Below are positions 1 through 11,827 of a stretch of 64,000 bases of DNA, one piece after another. How positions within the stretch are numbered: position 1 is the stretch's first letter; each line of letters starts with the position of its first letter. Source of the DNA: Eutreptiella sp. 'Long Island Sound 2002' (Eukaryota; Protista; Euglenida); NCBI GenBank assembly GCA_964036045.1, contig OZ038378.1, forward strand, positions 145,638,001 through 145,702,000. Reading direction: 5' to 3'. Position numbers and translations under genes: made by a program. A model generated the notes under the pieces. It was given only the letters and a program-made list of their open reading frames with translations. It was not told where the DNA came from and searched no databases.

Positions 1-802
1 CTCCGAATGTCAAACTCCTCGTCAGTTGGACAGTCAAACAAGACAAAGCATGTTCAACGCCAATAGGCACCTTTGTGTAGGGACACGCGTGCAGATAAGG
101 CCAGCGTACCTTTAGGAGTAGGAAGGCCAGGCTCTGCCCTTTGGCAGAACCGGCACTGCACTCAACGATGGCACGACAGCTCAATTGGTGGTCCAGCGGC
201 GAAATGCAAAATGCGCGTGTGTGCACCATGCGACGTATACGTGACAACTTCGCTTCAGATTGGTGTAGTCGGTCCAGTCTACCCAGTCTGTGAGACAGTT
301 TTCTGGCCAAATAGGCTCCGCACACAGAATGGAGGTCAGAACCCAGAACCCTGGGCGGAAAAGGGCCACCCATAGGGATGCAGTTTGTTCTCTACCACAC
401 TTTCCCCACACTGAGACTACCGTTCTTCTGGGTCAGCTTGTGCATGATGATTGCGGACAATTCATCACGTGCCACGTAATGACTCCTGGCCTTCCCCGCC
501 CTGTCCAACCGTGGGTGCATGTGATGGACACTCCAAACCAACTCCCTGGCATGCCAGGCATGCCAGCAACACCGCTTCCCCGGCCACTTGGTGCACGATT
601 TCAGGCGACTGCAAAAAGTTTTTGAGGGGATGTTGTTGAATTGTTCTTTACAGTCCAGCTCTACAATAGCTCTCATACAACCGGTTACAACGACCCAAAT
701 GTGGTACAAGCAAATGTAAGAAGCTCATCGGAATTTCAGTCACTAAGTACTGCGGCAACTGTATTGCAGCACCCACACCCACACCCACACCCACAACCAC
801 AA

Positions 803-842
<40 letters not shown>

Positions 843-941
843 CACGATACACAGCACAGCAATAGTGGCTGGGTGCAAATTCTCGTCAGTTGGATCATCA
901 AACAACAAGCTAGCCGGCTGCTTGTCTACTGAGCTGGTACG

Positions 942-1384
942 CAGTCTAACATTAGAAAAGAGGAGGGGGTTCAAAGGGGGAGGGGGGGGGGGGTGTTGGC
1001 CAGGCCCTGAATGATTGTTGTTCATTCTTGGAGGCTTATGGATATTGCTATTCATTGCTGGAGTCTTCCGGATGGTTGCTGTTCATTCTTGGAGGCATTG
1101 GGATAATTACTGTTCATTCATGGCGGCTTTTGGATGGTTGCTGGGCATTTTCAGGGGCTTCTAGATGATTGCTGTCCATTCTAAGACGAGACCCAGCGAG
1201 ATGACCAACGTGACAACGCATATTGCTACCCCACATTAGCGCCAAAGGCGCCCGAGAAAATTTTTTCTGCATTTTGCTTGGCACCAATTGTCACAACATT
1301 AGAAAGGGGGGGGGGGGGGGGGCAAGCGGGGAAGGGGGGAGGGGGGCTCCTCCTATGGTTATTGGCCGTTCTAATGTAAGCCTG
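942..1384. mobile_element. hAT-type MITE (443 bp)
   Basis: Left end CAGTCTAACATTAGAA; right end reverse complement CAGGCTTACATTAGAA. Flanked by ctggtacg / ccggtacg (7/8 match, 8-bp TSD). Confidence 0.75.
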
Positions 1385-1427
1385 CCGGTACGTCTGCCGA
1401 ACCCTTGTCCAGTTTATTCCATCCAGC

Positions 1428-1576
1428 CTCACACACCCACACACCCACACACCCACACACCCACAACCACACCACTTGCGCGGACGACGCGACAAACAGG
1501 CACTTACAAAGGCGCCGGTCGTCAGGCCATCTGAAAGTCAAAGGGAAGCCATGATCATGGGCGGTTAGGCGCCTTT
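1428..1576 (-). mobile_element. Short (GT)n-tailed retroposon, copy A
   Basis: Minus strand starts CG|AAAGGCGCCTA, contains CCTGACGA and GTGCCTGTTTGTCGCGTCGTCCGCG, ends in a GT-rich tail; clearly similar to 53636-53753. Confidence 0.6.
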
Positions 1577-1578
1577 CG

Positions 1579-1582
1579 CACA

Positions 1583-1661
<79 letters not shown>

Positions 1662-1759
1662 CGTGAGGAGATCAAGCGCACAGCAAGAGCAGAGCACTGA
1701 TCGTCAAAACAACTCATGAATTCAACATCAAAGCAAAGTCATGGAGGCTAGGCCCCTTT
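1579..1759 (-). mobile_element. Short (GT)n-tailed retroposon, copy B (diverged)
   Basis: Minus strand CAG|AAAGGGGCCTAG...ATGAC...TGACGA, then an 80-bp (GT)n tail that abuts copy A. Confidence 0.4.
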
Positions 1760-1926
1760 CTGACGGACAGTGACGATGAAGGGCAAACAGGTTCCACACA
1801 GGGTGCTTCATATGAGTGCCTTGCATCATCATTGACCGTCCCGAGTTAACTATATGGGCACACCTCTTGCAGCAGCACTTGCATGCCCCTGTGACAACAT
1901 CTAGATACGGTATGTGGCGCCTGTGG

Positions 1927-1948
1927 CACGCACGCACGCACGCACACA

Positions 1949-1980
<32 letters not shown>

Positions 1981-2018
1981 CGAACGCACGCACACACACA
2001 CACACAAACACACACACA

Positions 2019-2061
<43 letters not shown>

Positions 2062-2089
2062 ACGCACACACACACACACACACACGAAC

Positions 2090-2145
<56 letters not shown>

Positions 2146-2146
2146 G
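1927..2146. repeat. Compound (CACG)n/(CA)n microsatellite
   Basis: Visible directly; source of the spurious HT/CV ORFs. Confidence 0.95.
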
Positions 2147-2504
2147 CTTTGCGATGCCCAGCAGCATTTGAGGCCAAGCACTGGGCTATTGGGACCAAAT
2201 CACTGCTGTCCACGGTGCCCCACACTGAAGGACTCCCGCCTGAGTGCCCACCGCCGTCGATGCTTTGTCAAGTGCCATTGGTCTCCTGTCCTGCACATTC
2301 ACAGGAGCTGAAACCGCCGGTGCTTGCCTTGTTCTGCGGGGGGGAATTCTGTGTGATTCTTACGCTCAACCCCAAACACAGCACCCTCAAAGGCATGCTG
2401 CAGGATCCGGGTCAGCAAGTGGTACAAGGAACTAGCCCTCTGGACGCAGCTCTCGTCAGGGGGTGCCGTAATGAAAAAAAAAAAAACTCGGAGTGTCCAA
2501 TACG

Positions 2505-2575
2505 CCCTACGATGGCGGTTGGTGGGTAACCGATGGCGGTTGGTGGGTCACCAATGGCGGTTGGTGGGTAACCGC
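2505..2575. repeat. 21-bp tandem repeat, about 3.5 copies
   Basis: Unit cgatggcggttggtgggtaac with minor variants. Confidence 0.85.
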
Positions 2576-2855
2576 TGGGGGTAACATGCGGACATAAAAC
2601 AGACCAAAAAAAAAAAAAAGAAGCCAAACACAGTCCTGGGGGTAATATGCAGACATAAAAAAGACCCAAAAAGCGAAGCCAAAAAGATTTCACACACTGG
2701 GAATTGAACCTTGGGGGTAGAGTTTGGTACAACTACCAACTAAGGTACCTCAGGATCTGGTATGTTCCCACCATCAGAGAGTGGATGCCATAGTAAAAAA
2801 AAAAAGGCTGAGCGTCCTTATGGCACCCCCTGGCTCTCATGCAGGGGCTCCACAC

Positions 2856-3049
2856 CTGAATTCCATCCGGAGTCGGGTATTTCACGCGCGTCAACAGCTT
2901 GACAGTCTTCGTTGGGACCGTGCTCAGCAACTTCTCACTGAACTCATACACATCTTCATCAAGAGAAATGGGTTTTCTCATTGTGATCTGCAGGTACTCA
3001 TGGAAAACTTTTAAGCAGTTCACGACTGTGATCTGAGCACCCTCACCAT
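2856..3049 (-). CDS. Dicer-like gene exon: probable Dicer dimerisation (DUF283) domain
   Basis: cccag|AT...CAG|gtgtgg, 194 nt. Joins exon 4564-4718 in phase 1 to give MHLVGYGEGAQITVVNCLKVFHEYLQ...VKYPTPDGIQ, resembling the DUF283 start (GAxLTxxxAxxLLxxYC). Confidence 0.6.
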
Positions 3050-3351
3050 CTGGGTGTTGGTATGGATGCAGCCCACTACAGACATGAGAGGTGTTCGTGT
3101 ATGGGGTCGGCAGGTTTCCCCAGTGGGCGGTGGATAACAACCGTGGATGATGGAAATGCCACCACGGCGGACAACAACGGCGGACGACGCGGACCACAAC
3201 GCGGACGATAACCCCAGGCATAGCGGCCGGCGACAACAGCGGATGAGGCGGATGGCACGTTTGACAACGCTAGTGGACGACACACAATGGTCCATGCTGT
3301 CCGCTGTGCGTTCAATCAACGTTGAACGGGTCATTGGAAGACCAGTTTGGG

Positions 3352-3546
3352 GGGGCGTTTTCGCACAGCGCCAATCATTACGTTGTCTATCCCGGGAACA
3401 CCCCTGCAAACCACCCCCCTACAGAAGTGTGCATGATCCATTCAAAACAGCGTCGGGGGGGGGGGTGCAGAATTCAGGACCCTGGGACCCGTGGCTACCG
3501 GTGGTGGAAAGCAGCCTACTTTTCGCACAGCGCACGGTGCGCCCCC
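3352..3546. mobile_element. Dispersed MITE-like repeat with GGGGGCG ends
   Basis: Second, inverted copy at 43846-44139; internal TTTTCGCACAGCG repeats; ends GGGGGCG...CGCCCCC. TSD unclear. Confidence 0.6.
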
Positions 3547-4563
3547 TTTATCCGCCTGAGCCCTTCCCCCATTGAGCCGACACACTCGGACCCATCCTGG
3601 GACCATGAGTCCTGCAACCAGGTCCCTGGAGGGAGCTTCAGATCATGGGGGTTTGCGCAACACCAGCCCTGGGACCAACGGGCACAAAAAACACAGGAAA
3701 CAGAAGGAAACACGGATGTTGTCCTCGGCACTTATCCCGCTGCGTATTGGCAGGCCCCGGGGTGCAGTCGTATGCCACCTCAGGGGGTCGATGGATGGAT
3801 CGGCCCCCGTGTACAAAACTAAAGGAAACAGGTGGTTCGGCAACCTCCTCCAACCACCTGCCTAACCTCCTCTGGGGCCACCTCCGAGGTGCCTTCCCTT
3901 CGAATGCATCCCTGAATGGCCGCAATGGGTCAGGTGTGGAGCCGCCACTATTGCTCCAGCCGCGCCTGCCCCACGGCCTTCATTGCTCTCTCTCAGTTCA
4001 TCACATGTTCGTCCCTCCAGTGGCCTTGCTTGTGTTCCAAACAGTTCCATGTCCCTGCCTCCCTGGCTGGGGTCAGAGCTGTGGGCCTCAGGTTCTGGGC
4101 TTTACCGTCTTGGGACACTGCACACATGATACCGAGTCCGGGTCGTGGCGTGTATGTGGTGTTCCATGTTTGGGTTTGCGTTACCATGGCTGTGCTTGCA
4201 TGTGCTGGCCCCTCTTGGCCACACACCCTTGGCTTCGTGTTCCCGGGATCATGGAGGGCTCGCGGTGCGAGAAGTCAGAGGTTAGCCAGTTTGGTTGCTG
4301 CCACCAACCCTGGCAAGTCTTGGCGGTCCTTAGGGGGGGGGGGGGTTTGGGGCCCTTGCCAGCCCCGGCCAACCCACCCACCCCCCCCCACATCAGACAA
4401 ATTTGCCTCCGGCAGAAAAATGGAATTTATCAAAGGGGCCGGCAATTTGAGGCCAATTTTAGGTCCACAAACTTTGTTTTCGGCCTCTGCCCCAGCCCTC
4501 AATCAATAGCCTGACGGGGGGGGGGGGACCCCGGGGGGGGCCATCCGAGGGGGGCAGGCGCAC

Positions 4564-4718
4564 ACCCGACGAGGTGCATGGGCACGGCCGCGTGCAGCAG
4601 GTCCTCCGGCGTGGCCGCCAGGGCCTCGTCCGGGGCCCCGGCGGACCGGAGCCCCTCCCCCACGGCCTCGGCGGCGGGGTCGTTGTCGAAGTAGAAGACG
4701 CGGGCGGCGCGGCGGGCC
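4564..4718 (-). CDS. Dicer-like gene exon: end of helicase motif VI and linker
   Basis: ctcgtccag|G GCC CGC...; phase-2 join to exon 7928-8080 gives HVHAGGRARRAARVFYFDND (cf. QxxGRAR); high GC3. Confidence 0.8.
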
Positions 4719-4958
4719 CTGGACGAGAGGGGGCAGGAGGGGATGCGGGAGCACGCGGCGCGCGACGGGCCGCGCCACGACGACCGCGGCGGACGACATC
4801 GGGGCACACGATTGGAGGCTCGAGGGCTCGGCCCTGAGGCGGGGGGCAGACAGTGCGCCTCTGCAAAACCCAACATCGCCGACTCACGAACAGGCGGGGC
4901 CGTGATGGCGGACGCGTGTGAGAGGGAAGCGCACGCGTCGAGCGGTCCCCCCCTCCCC

Positions 4959-5253
4959 CCGGGATGTCTGAAGGGGGGAAGGGGGGGGGGGTGTAAAGGG
5001 GGGTTTTGCTGGGACCCCCCCCTCCTCCCAGGGTCCCCCTATGGTCCCCGCCGAAGGCGGGCTGAACATTTTGAAGCGTAAATCCTCTTGGCACCTAAGG
5101 CGCCGAAGCAAAATGTTGGCTGTCAGCCTCAAACATTGGAAGGGGAGGGGGGGGTTGGCACAAGGCCTTGGTGGTTGGCTCTGTTAGCCTGTTAGGGTCC
5201 AGGGGGGGGGGGGTAATTCCTCCTGCGGCGTACGGCCGGTCTACTAATCCCCC
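4959..5253. mobile_element. GC-rich MITE family A copy (ends degenerate)
   Basis: Body (ggtccccctatggtccccgccgaagg...ttggctgtcagcctcaaacatt) recurs inverted at 53112-53424 and 62033-62373. Confidence 0.7.
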
Positions 5254-5442
5254 GCCCATCCCCATCGGCACGCGCCACGGCCCCGCACACACGCGCATCC
5301 CACACGGTCCTCCCACAAAACGGGACCCCGCCCGAGGGCGCGACCTCCGCAGGGGGGGGCCGGGAGGCGCCGGGGCCCCAACTCAATGCGGTCCGCCCTG
5401 CGCCGTGGATAGGGGCGTCGCGTGTGCACGCGCGCGGGAGCC

Positions 5443-5622
5443 ACACACACACACACACACACACTTGTGCAGGAACCAAACGATAAGACCACTGTTACTT
5501 AACACGAGCACTGCGGATCGGATGGCACCCAGAACACCTCGTCAGGCCAATGAGCAATCAAAACAGCACAAAGCAGGGCAAAGCATTGAAGCTGTCATGA
5601 AGTCATAAGGCTAGGCGCCTTT
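5443..5622 (-). mobile_element. Short (GT)n-tailed retroposon, copy C
   Basis: Minus strand CAG|AAAGGCGCCTAG...TTTGCCCTGCTTTG...CCTGACGAG...(GT)n. Confidence 0.5.
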
Positions 5623-5791
5623 CTGCAATGATACAAGAAACAGGGTACGGGACTGTTTGATATCATCCGCAAGGAGTCACAGGCAAAGAATCAGGCACCC
5701 TGATCGTGTATCACTAACCTAGGAGGGGAAGAGAATGACACCGGACGTCGCAGCAGTCCTTTCATGCCCAGGGAACCCTGTTGACACACAC

Positions 5792-5823
<32 letters not shown>

Positions 5824-7927
5824 GGATCGCCCTCGGGGACGCGGTTCATGAGGGCACGGCAGCGGCCGTCACACCCACTTCCTCATGCCACGACCGGGGC
5901 CTCCGGGCGGCCGCAGTGCAGCGGGGGGGGGGGGGGAATGGCCCTGCGCGTTTGAGACCGAAGGCAACGGAGGCCCCACATCGATGCGGCGCGGGGCCTG
6001 GCTGCCCCTTGAGCACATGCGTCCCTTTGGAGGGAGGGGGGGAGGGGGAGCACAGGGGGCCCCCCAGAGGACCTGCATCACATGACGACCGGGGGGACGT
6101 CGGCGGGGGCCGTCCCTTTGGGGCGGGGCATCACTTCTCGGGGCACACTTTCTGGTCTTTGTAAGTGTATGCCCCCCCCCCCCTGTGGGTGCCGTTTGTG
6201 CGTTAGCGGCGCCCCACGCCCCACGCCCCCCCCCCCCACCACCACCACCGCAGGGCCTTGGCGGCACACCGCCTGGGCGGTGAACCCCCCCCCCAACCAC
6301 CAGCAAAACACCCGCGCACGCGGCACCCCACCGACGGGTACCGCCCGGTGATCCAGAACCCCCGGGGCCCCGTGGTGCACTTCCCGCGTCGGCGGCGGTG
6401 GGGAGGAGCACCCCCTGAACTCCGCGGTCTTGGGACGGATGATGTCTGGGGCATGCCGCCGCATGGGAGGGACGCCGAGGGGCAGCAGCAGCACTCGTGG
6501 GCAGGAGGACGACTGTCCAACTCTCACGCAGTACAAACGACTCCCCCCTGGCGGTTGGGGGTGGCTGAGCGGGGCCCCCCATCCTCTCGCCCGCCCCCTT
6601 CACTCGCCACCCCCCCCCCCCCTCCAACGCGTGGAGGACCCCCCCGGGCCGGCGGGGCGCCCCACACACGCACGCCCACGTGCAGCGCTACGCTGCATCG
6701 CGGAGTCATAACCCCCATTTTGCCGCCGAATGGAGCGCGTCGCATGTCCCATCCGTCGACTGAGGCCCTCAGCCGCACCTTCACTCGGCCGTGTTCTGTC
6801 GGCCAAGACCTCCTCAAAAAAGGGGAACACGTCGGTACCCCCGGAACGCCCACCAGCACACAGACCCCGTCTTCACGGCACAACCCCCTCCCCCGCGTGC
6901 CGGTCTGCGTGGGGCACCCCAGAGAGACCCCGCCCCCGAGCCTTGGGGGGCAGAGCCTTGGGCAACCTATCGCAAGCAACTGACCAGCCATGAGTTCTGC
7001 ATCTTATGCGCCGGCAAGTGGTTGGTCAGCAGTGTGACTGCACATGGGAACGCTTCCTGCGTGCTGCAGGCGCCGCATGGCAAGGGTAATTAGCTTTAGT
7101 GTACACTGTCCAAGAAAAATACACCGGAACAAAAAAATTCCGGGCACGTTGATCTGTTGACACCATCGCTCTCTACAAAGTGAGAGACTACGGCCCCGGC
7201 TCAACGTGCTGCATAGTATGCGCCGGCAAGTGGTTGGTCAACAGTGTGGCTGCACATGCCTGGCTGTACCAGGACCCCACTGAAAATCACTGTGGATTGA
7301 GTGGGGGCTATCCACAAAAGAATTAGATGCATCATTCTGGTACATGACTATGAAACTAGGGTTGAACCATTGCAAAGTGGCAATTCTGAAAATTGTACAC
7401 TTTATTTTTTTTTGACGGCAATTTTGACATTTTGCTATCTCATCGTCTGCAGCGGGCGGCGCCTAGTGGCCGATCGCCATTCGCTGCCCTTGCCTTTGGA
7501 TCCTCTCCCCCCAGCGGCGGTGGTGCCCGTCGGCCTCTCACCCCTCCTGTGCCCTTCCTCTGCTTCCTTGCCCCATCCCCCGAGCCTTGGGGGGGAGGGG
7601 GGGTTTGCACAAGGCCTCGGTATCTGATTGTTTGCCGTTGACGGCGCCCATTGGCCTCTCGCCACTGCTCATTCTGACCCTCTGTGGGCCCGAACGTGTG
7701 TTGGTTGTGTCCACGGAGCCCCCGGATGACTTGTCCTGTTTGACGACTTCGGGGGGGGGGGGGGGGGTGACCCTCGCCGACGCTCTGTCAAGGACTTCAA
7801 CGACCGCCCAACGGGACAGCGATGCCACATCCCCAGATCCGCCCCGCCCCCCCCAGTCCCCGGCCGCGAGGCGGCACCGGTCGCGGGGGATGGGGCCCGG
7901 CCAAACACGAGGACGGGGGTGCGAGAC

Positions 7928-8080
7928 CTGCCGCCCGCGTGGACGTGCTGCCTCGTGGTGAGGAACTTGTCAAAGCGCACGACCACGGCGCCGTCCGGGA
8001 CGGCGAGGCCCTCCTCCAGCGCCGCGGGGGCAACCGCCAGCGGGACCACCTGCTCGCGCCACAGCCTGAGGTGCTCGTTC
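7928..8080 (-). CDS. Dicer-like gene exon: helicase C-terminal motifs V-VI
   Basis: cgcgcag|G...AG|gtctcg, 153 nt. NEHLRLWREQVVPLAVAPAALEEGLAVPDGAVVVRFDKFLTTRQHVHAGG matches the Dicer pattern LLVATSVLEEGLDVPxCNLVVRFD...YVQSRGR. Confidence 0.85.
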
Positions 8081-8101
8081 CTGCGCGGCGAGGGGTGAGC
8101 A

Positions 8102-8320
8102 CAGGGATGCATTAGGAAGGGAAGGGGCCTCAGAGGCAGTCCCAGAGGCGGTTAGGCAGGCGGTTGGAGGAGGTTGCTGAAGCGGTTGGGGGCGGTTACT
8201 GTCGGGTACAAATGCCATTGAAGCTGGCACTTGGGGTCAGGGGGACAGTGGCTGGGCATAGGCTGGGCGCCATGGAGGGTTGGGGGGGGGGGGTACCCCC
8301 CCCCTTCCAACGCATCCCTG
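8102..8320. mobile_element. hAT-type MITE family B (219 bp)
   Basis: TIRs CAGGGATGCATTAGGAAGG / CCTTCCAACGCATCCCTG; TSD ggtgagca / gttgagca; same-length inverted copy at 60978-61196; partial copy near 3835-3914. Confidence 0.85.
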
Positions 8321-9337
8321 GTTGAGCAGGTGCCGAATGGTCGCATGTGCCACTTGGCGAGCGGCCCCCAGGGGAGCACCGGGCGAGTGTGCCCACAACA
8401 CAAGTGCGGGTTCCTCGGCTCACGAGGTCTGACCCCGTTGGAGCCCCCCCCCCCCCCCATTCTCCTGACCTGGCCCGGGTACCTGGGCACCCGGTCGACC
8501 GCGTGAAGGCCCACCAGACCTGCCACTGGTGTCCGCCAGGTCAGCCGTGACAGGAGTTGGATCTACTGACTCGGACATGGGGTGCAGCTGGTTCCTACTG
8601 AGTTCCAGGTGCGATCAGAACAGATGTGACGGAGTGGCACATGATGCGGGGCTGATCCCTAATGAAATTCAATTCCCCTGCCGGACGCTAGTGGTATGTC
8701 TGAGCCCCCCCCCCCCCCCCGGCACCCTTGGCTCTGAAGGGGCGCTGCAGCGACGGCACTTGCAGACCACTCGCCGTCAGGACCGGGTCCTCCGCCACCG
8801 CTCGTCGTTTCACTACCCCATCCCACAAAACCCCCCACCGGGCGGCATCTGCAGAGGGCACGCCAAGGCGACCGTTCAGGGGCACTTCGGGGGCTTCGAG
8901 GGTTTGTGAGGCGTTACCGGGGGCTGCGACGGGTCATGAGGGACCGGCGACGGTTGCGGGCGGTTGCGAACGGCTGTTGGGGGGTCGGGAGGGTTGTGGA
9001 GAGTGGGTGGAGTGCGAGGGCTTCTTAACGGGCCTGGGCCGTTCACGGGCGTGACGTGCTGGGGGGGCCCTTGTGGACGGGTGCCGGGAGGCAGCTGCGG
9101 CGGCAGCGGGTGAACCCCCACACGACGCCCCTGACCCCCCTTCACCGCCCGTCAGCGACCCTCAACGCCCCCCCCCCCCAACCTCAAGAAGCTTCGCAAT
9201 CTCGACACCCCCACGACGCACAACATCCCCTTGACAACACACTGCCGCCCTCCGCACCCCCCCACATAACCCCCCCCCCCACTTATAACCCCCCCGATGG
9301 TCGTAGCATTGCGGATTGGTTGAGGGTGCGGGGGGGG

Positions 9338-9537
9338 NNNNNNNNNNNNNNNNNNNNNNNNNNNNNNNNNNNNNNNNNNNNNNNNNNNNNNNNNNNNNNN
9401 NNNNNNNNNNNNNNNNNNNNNNNNNNNNNNNNNNNNNNNNNNNNNNNNNNNNNNNNNNNNNNNNNNNNNNNNNNNNNNNNNNNNNNNNNNNNNNNNNNNN
9501 NNNNNNNNNNNNNNNNNNNNNNNNNNNNNNNNNNNNN
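9338..9537. other. Assembly gap (200 N)
   Basis: Run of N. Confidence 1.
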
Positions 9538-10013
9538 GAATGACCATGGCCTTTTCCCGTTGAGTGGCCCCACTGCTGATGCAGGAACAACAATGTGCTG
9601 CGCTGAGGTCCGCTGCAACCCCCACCCCCAAAATGGGAGCCCGACATGGCACTAGCCCCATCAATTGCACCCACAATCCGTTCCCGCACAATATCTTCCG
9701 CAGCCGGAGGGGGCGGGTCCGAACTGAGCGCGGGGCAGCGGCCATCTCACTTCCCCCTCAGGTGCGGTGTGCCGGCCGCTTGGCACTTGGGGGGGGGGGG
9801 GTGTCAACGACACCTCCAACACCTCCCGTTTCTGAGCTCAACAAGTCGTCAGCGTTTGGGGCAGTCAGCCCCAACTGCCGGCACGGGAGGTCGGCCGTGT
9901 CAAAGATGTGGGCCTCAACAACATGTGGGGGGGCCCTGGTAGATGTGTTGTGGGCCCCATCAATGATAGAGCCCACGTTGCCCATGCTGCCCAGGCCCAC
10001 GGCGCCCCCCCCC

Positions 10014-11137
10014 CAGGGACTTGCTTGAGCGGGGGGGGGGGAGGGGGGGAGGGGGTCCAGGGGAGGGGGGGGGGGTCCAGGGGGGAGCCCCCCCCCCCCT
10101 GTCGGAACGTACCTAGTCTACAGGGAACAGAAAATTTATTGGGCAACGAACCACTCAGCACATGGAAATGTCATCTTGTTGGTAGCAAACAAAGCCAGTT
10201 CATCATTGCAGGTCAATTCAGGGTTCCCTCATCTAATCAAGACACAACAAATACAACAAAGCGGGACATTCACCATCTCATGCCAACTCACAGTGATCAT
10301 GGTCAGTCAGAATTAGACTCCCCTGAACTGGAGCCTCCATCTGTAGTGGAAGTGGAGCTGGAACCTGATGATGATGAGGAATCTGAGTCACTGCCTGAAT
10401 GGGAGACATCAGACAAGTGTTGCCATTGGCACACTCAAAAACAGTGTGGCACATGCCTTTTGTGCCTCATTGTATGCTTCTTGTCTCTTCCGGCCAGTGA
10501 TCCTATCTTTAAACCTAAAATAAAGCAGCGCGTCGATTACGTCTTTGCGTTTTGCGCGTGGCGACGGTTGGACTGGGGAGCAGAAATACACTGACAAAGA
10601 GCGTTGGGTCATGGCAATCTGCAAGACAAGGAACGCAGAGTACACATAAAATGATAAGTAAACAGTGTGTGGCGTGCGCCCAAGGCGCCGAGAAATTTTT
10701 TCCCCGTCACCAAAAAAAGTTCCCAAAACCCAGGTTTTCAGCTGCACTTGAGCTGAGGGGGGAGGGGGGGAGGGGGTCCAGGGGAGGGGGGGAGGGGGTC
10801 CAGGGGGGAGGGGTCCCCGAAGGAACTCTGGGCTATGTCACGTGTGCACTGGCGGCAACAGCACAAAGCGCAGAAAGAAAATGGGCTCGTCAGTGGCCTA
10901 TAAGACCATAGGTACCTTTCTGTCGCAAGACAAGAGACACGAAGATGCCTGTGGGTGGGCCACAGAGATGCGAAACAGTGGGTGTGCAGCGGTACGCCAT
11001 CGGCCGACGCTATGCTTTACCCACCGGACCTGTAAATTCGACCTATTTCTGAGTTCATAAGACAGGGAAAGGTGATGGGCCCTCCTAACCCTAACCCCCC
11101 CCCCCCCCGTCGGAATGAAAACTAAAGCAAGTCCCTG
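10014..11137. mobile_element. 1.1-kb element with hAT-like TIRs and mixed internal sequence
   Basis: 13-bp perfect inverted ends CAGGGACTTGCTT / AAGCAAGTCCCTG; poly-C flanks make the TSD uninformative. Confidence 0.5.
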
Positions 11138-11827
11138 CCCCCCCCCCCCCACCCGCACGCCCGAGGGTTGCAATAGCACATGGACTTTGGACAGCTTAGT
11201 GCGAGCCATTGAACTCGGCCGAATGTTGTGCAACGACAAGACCTTTGCGGACGCCGCCCGCATTGAGGCCCAAGCGCCCCCTACATCAAACAATCAAAAT
11301 CAGACAAAAATCGACCTGTGCATCGAGCGAGAGGGAGGGAGGCATGCACCGCCATCTTTCATTGTAGATAAAAGTCTTGTGAGCGGGCGGTCACAGCCAC
11401 TCCTGCATTCGCCACTACTCACCCGCCCGCCCCTATGTGCAGCGCACCGCTGGGGGTCGGCATCCATGTCAACTCGGGGCGAATGTCATTTCCTCCGGAA
11501 CCCCCAAAACCAGCGCGCGCACCCGGACGTCCACACCGACACTACTCCTGAGCCTGGCAGGCAACCCCCCGCCCCCCCCCCTCCCCACTTTTACGCCGGG
11601 GCCCCGCGCCCCCTCCCGAGCAGTGCATTCCTCCCCCGATTCGCATCGTTCATTCTTCGCACTCCTTTTTCGAAGGGATGTGCCTTTGCGTTGGTTCGTG
11701 GCCCCGCGGCATTGCGGACCGGACCGGCCGCGAAGTCCGACGCGGCAAGCGCCCGGCAGAAAGACATGACACAGACGTGCGCACGCGCGACGCGCGCGGC
11801 GAGGGGGCGGGTACGGCGGGGGGTTAC

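Noticed and set aside
3147-3575. 142-aa plus-strand ORF
   Set aside because: Low-complexity start; the second half runs into a dispersed repeat; antisense to an intron.
6700-6870. Candidate exon GGTDVFPFFEEVLAD on minus
   Set aside because: Exon 7928-8080 joins 4564-4718 directly to restore GRAR, so there is no place for it.
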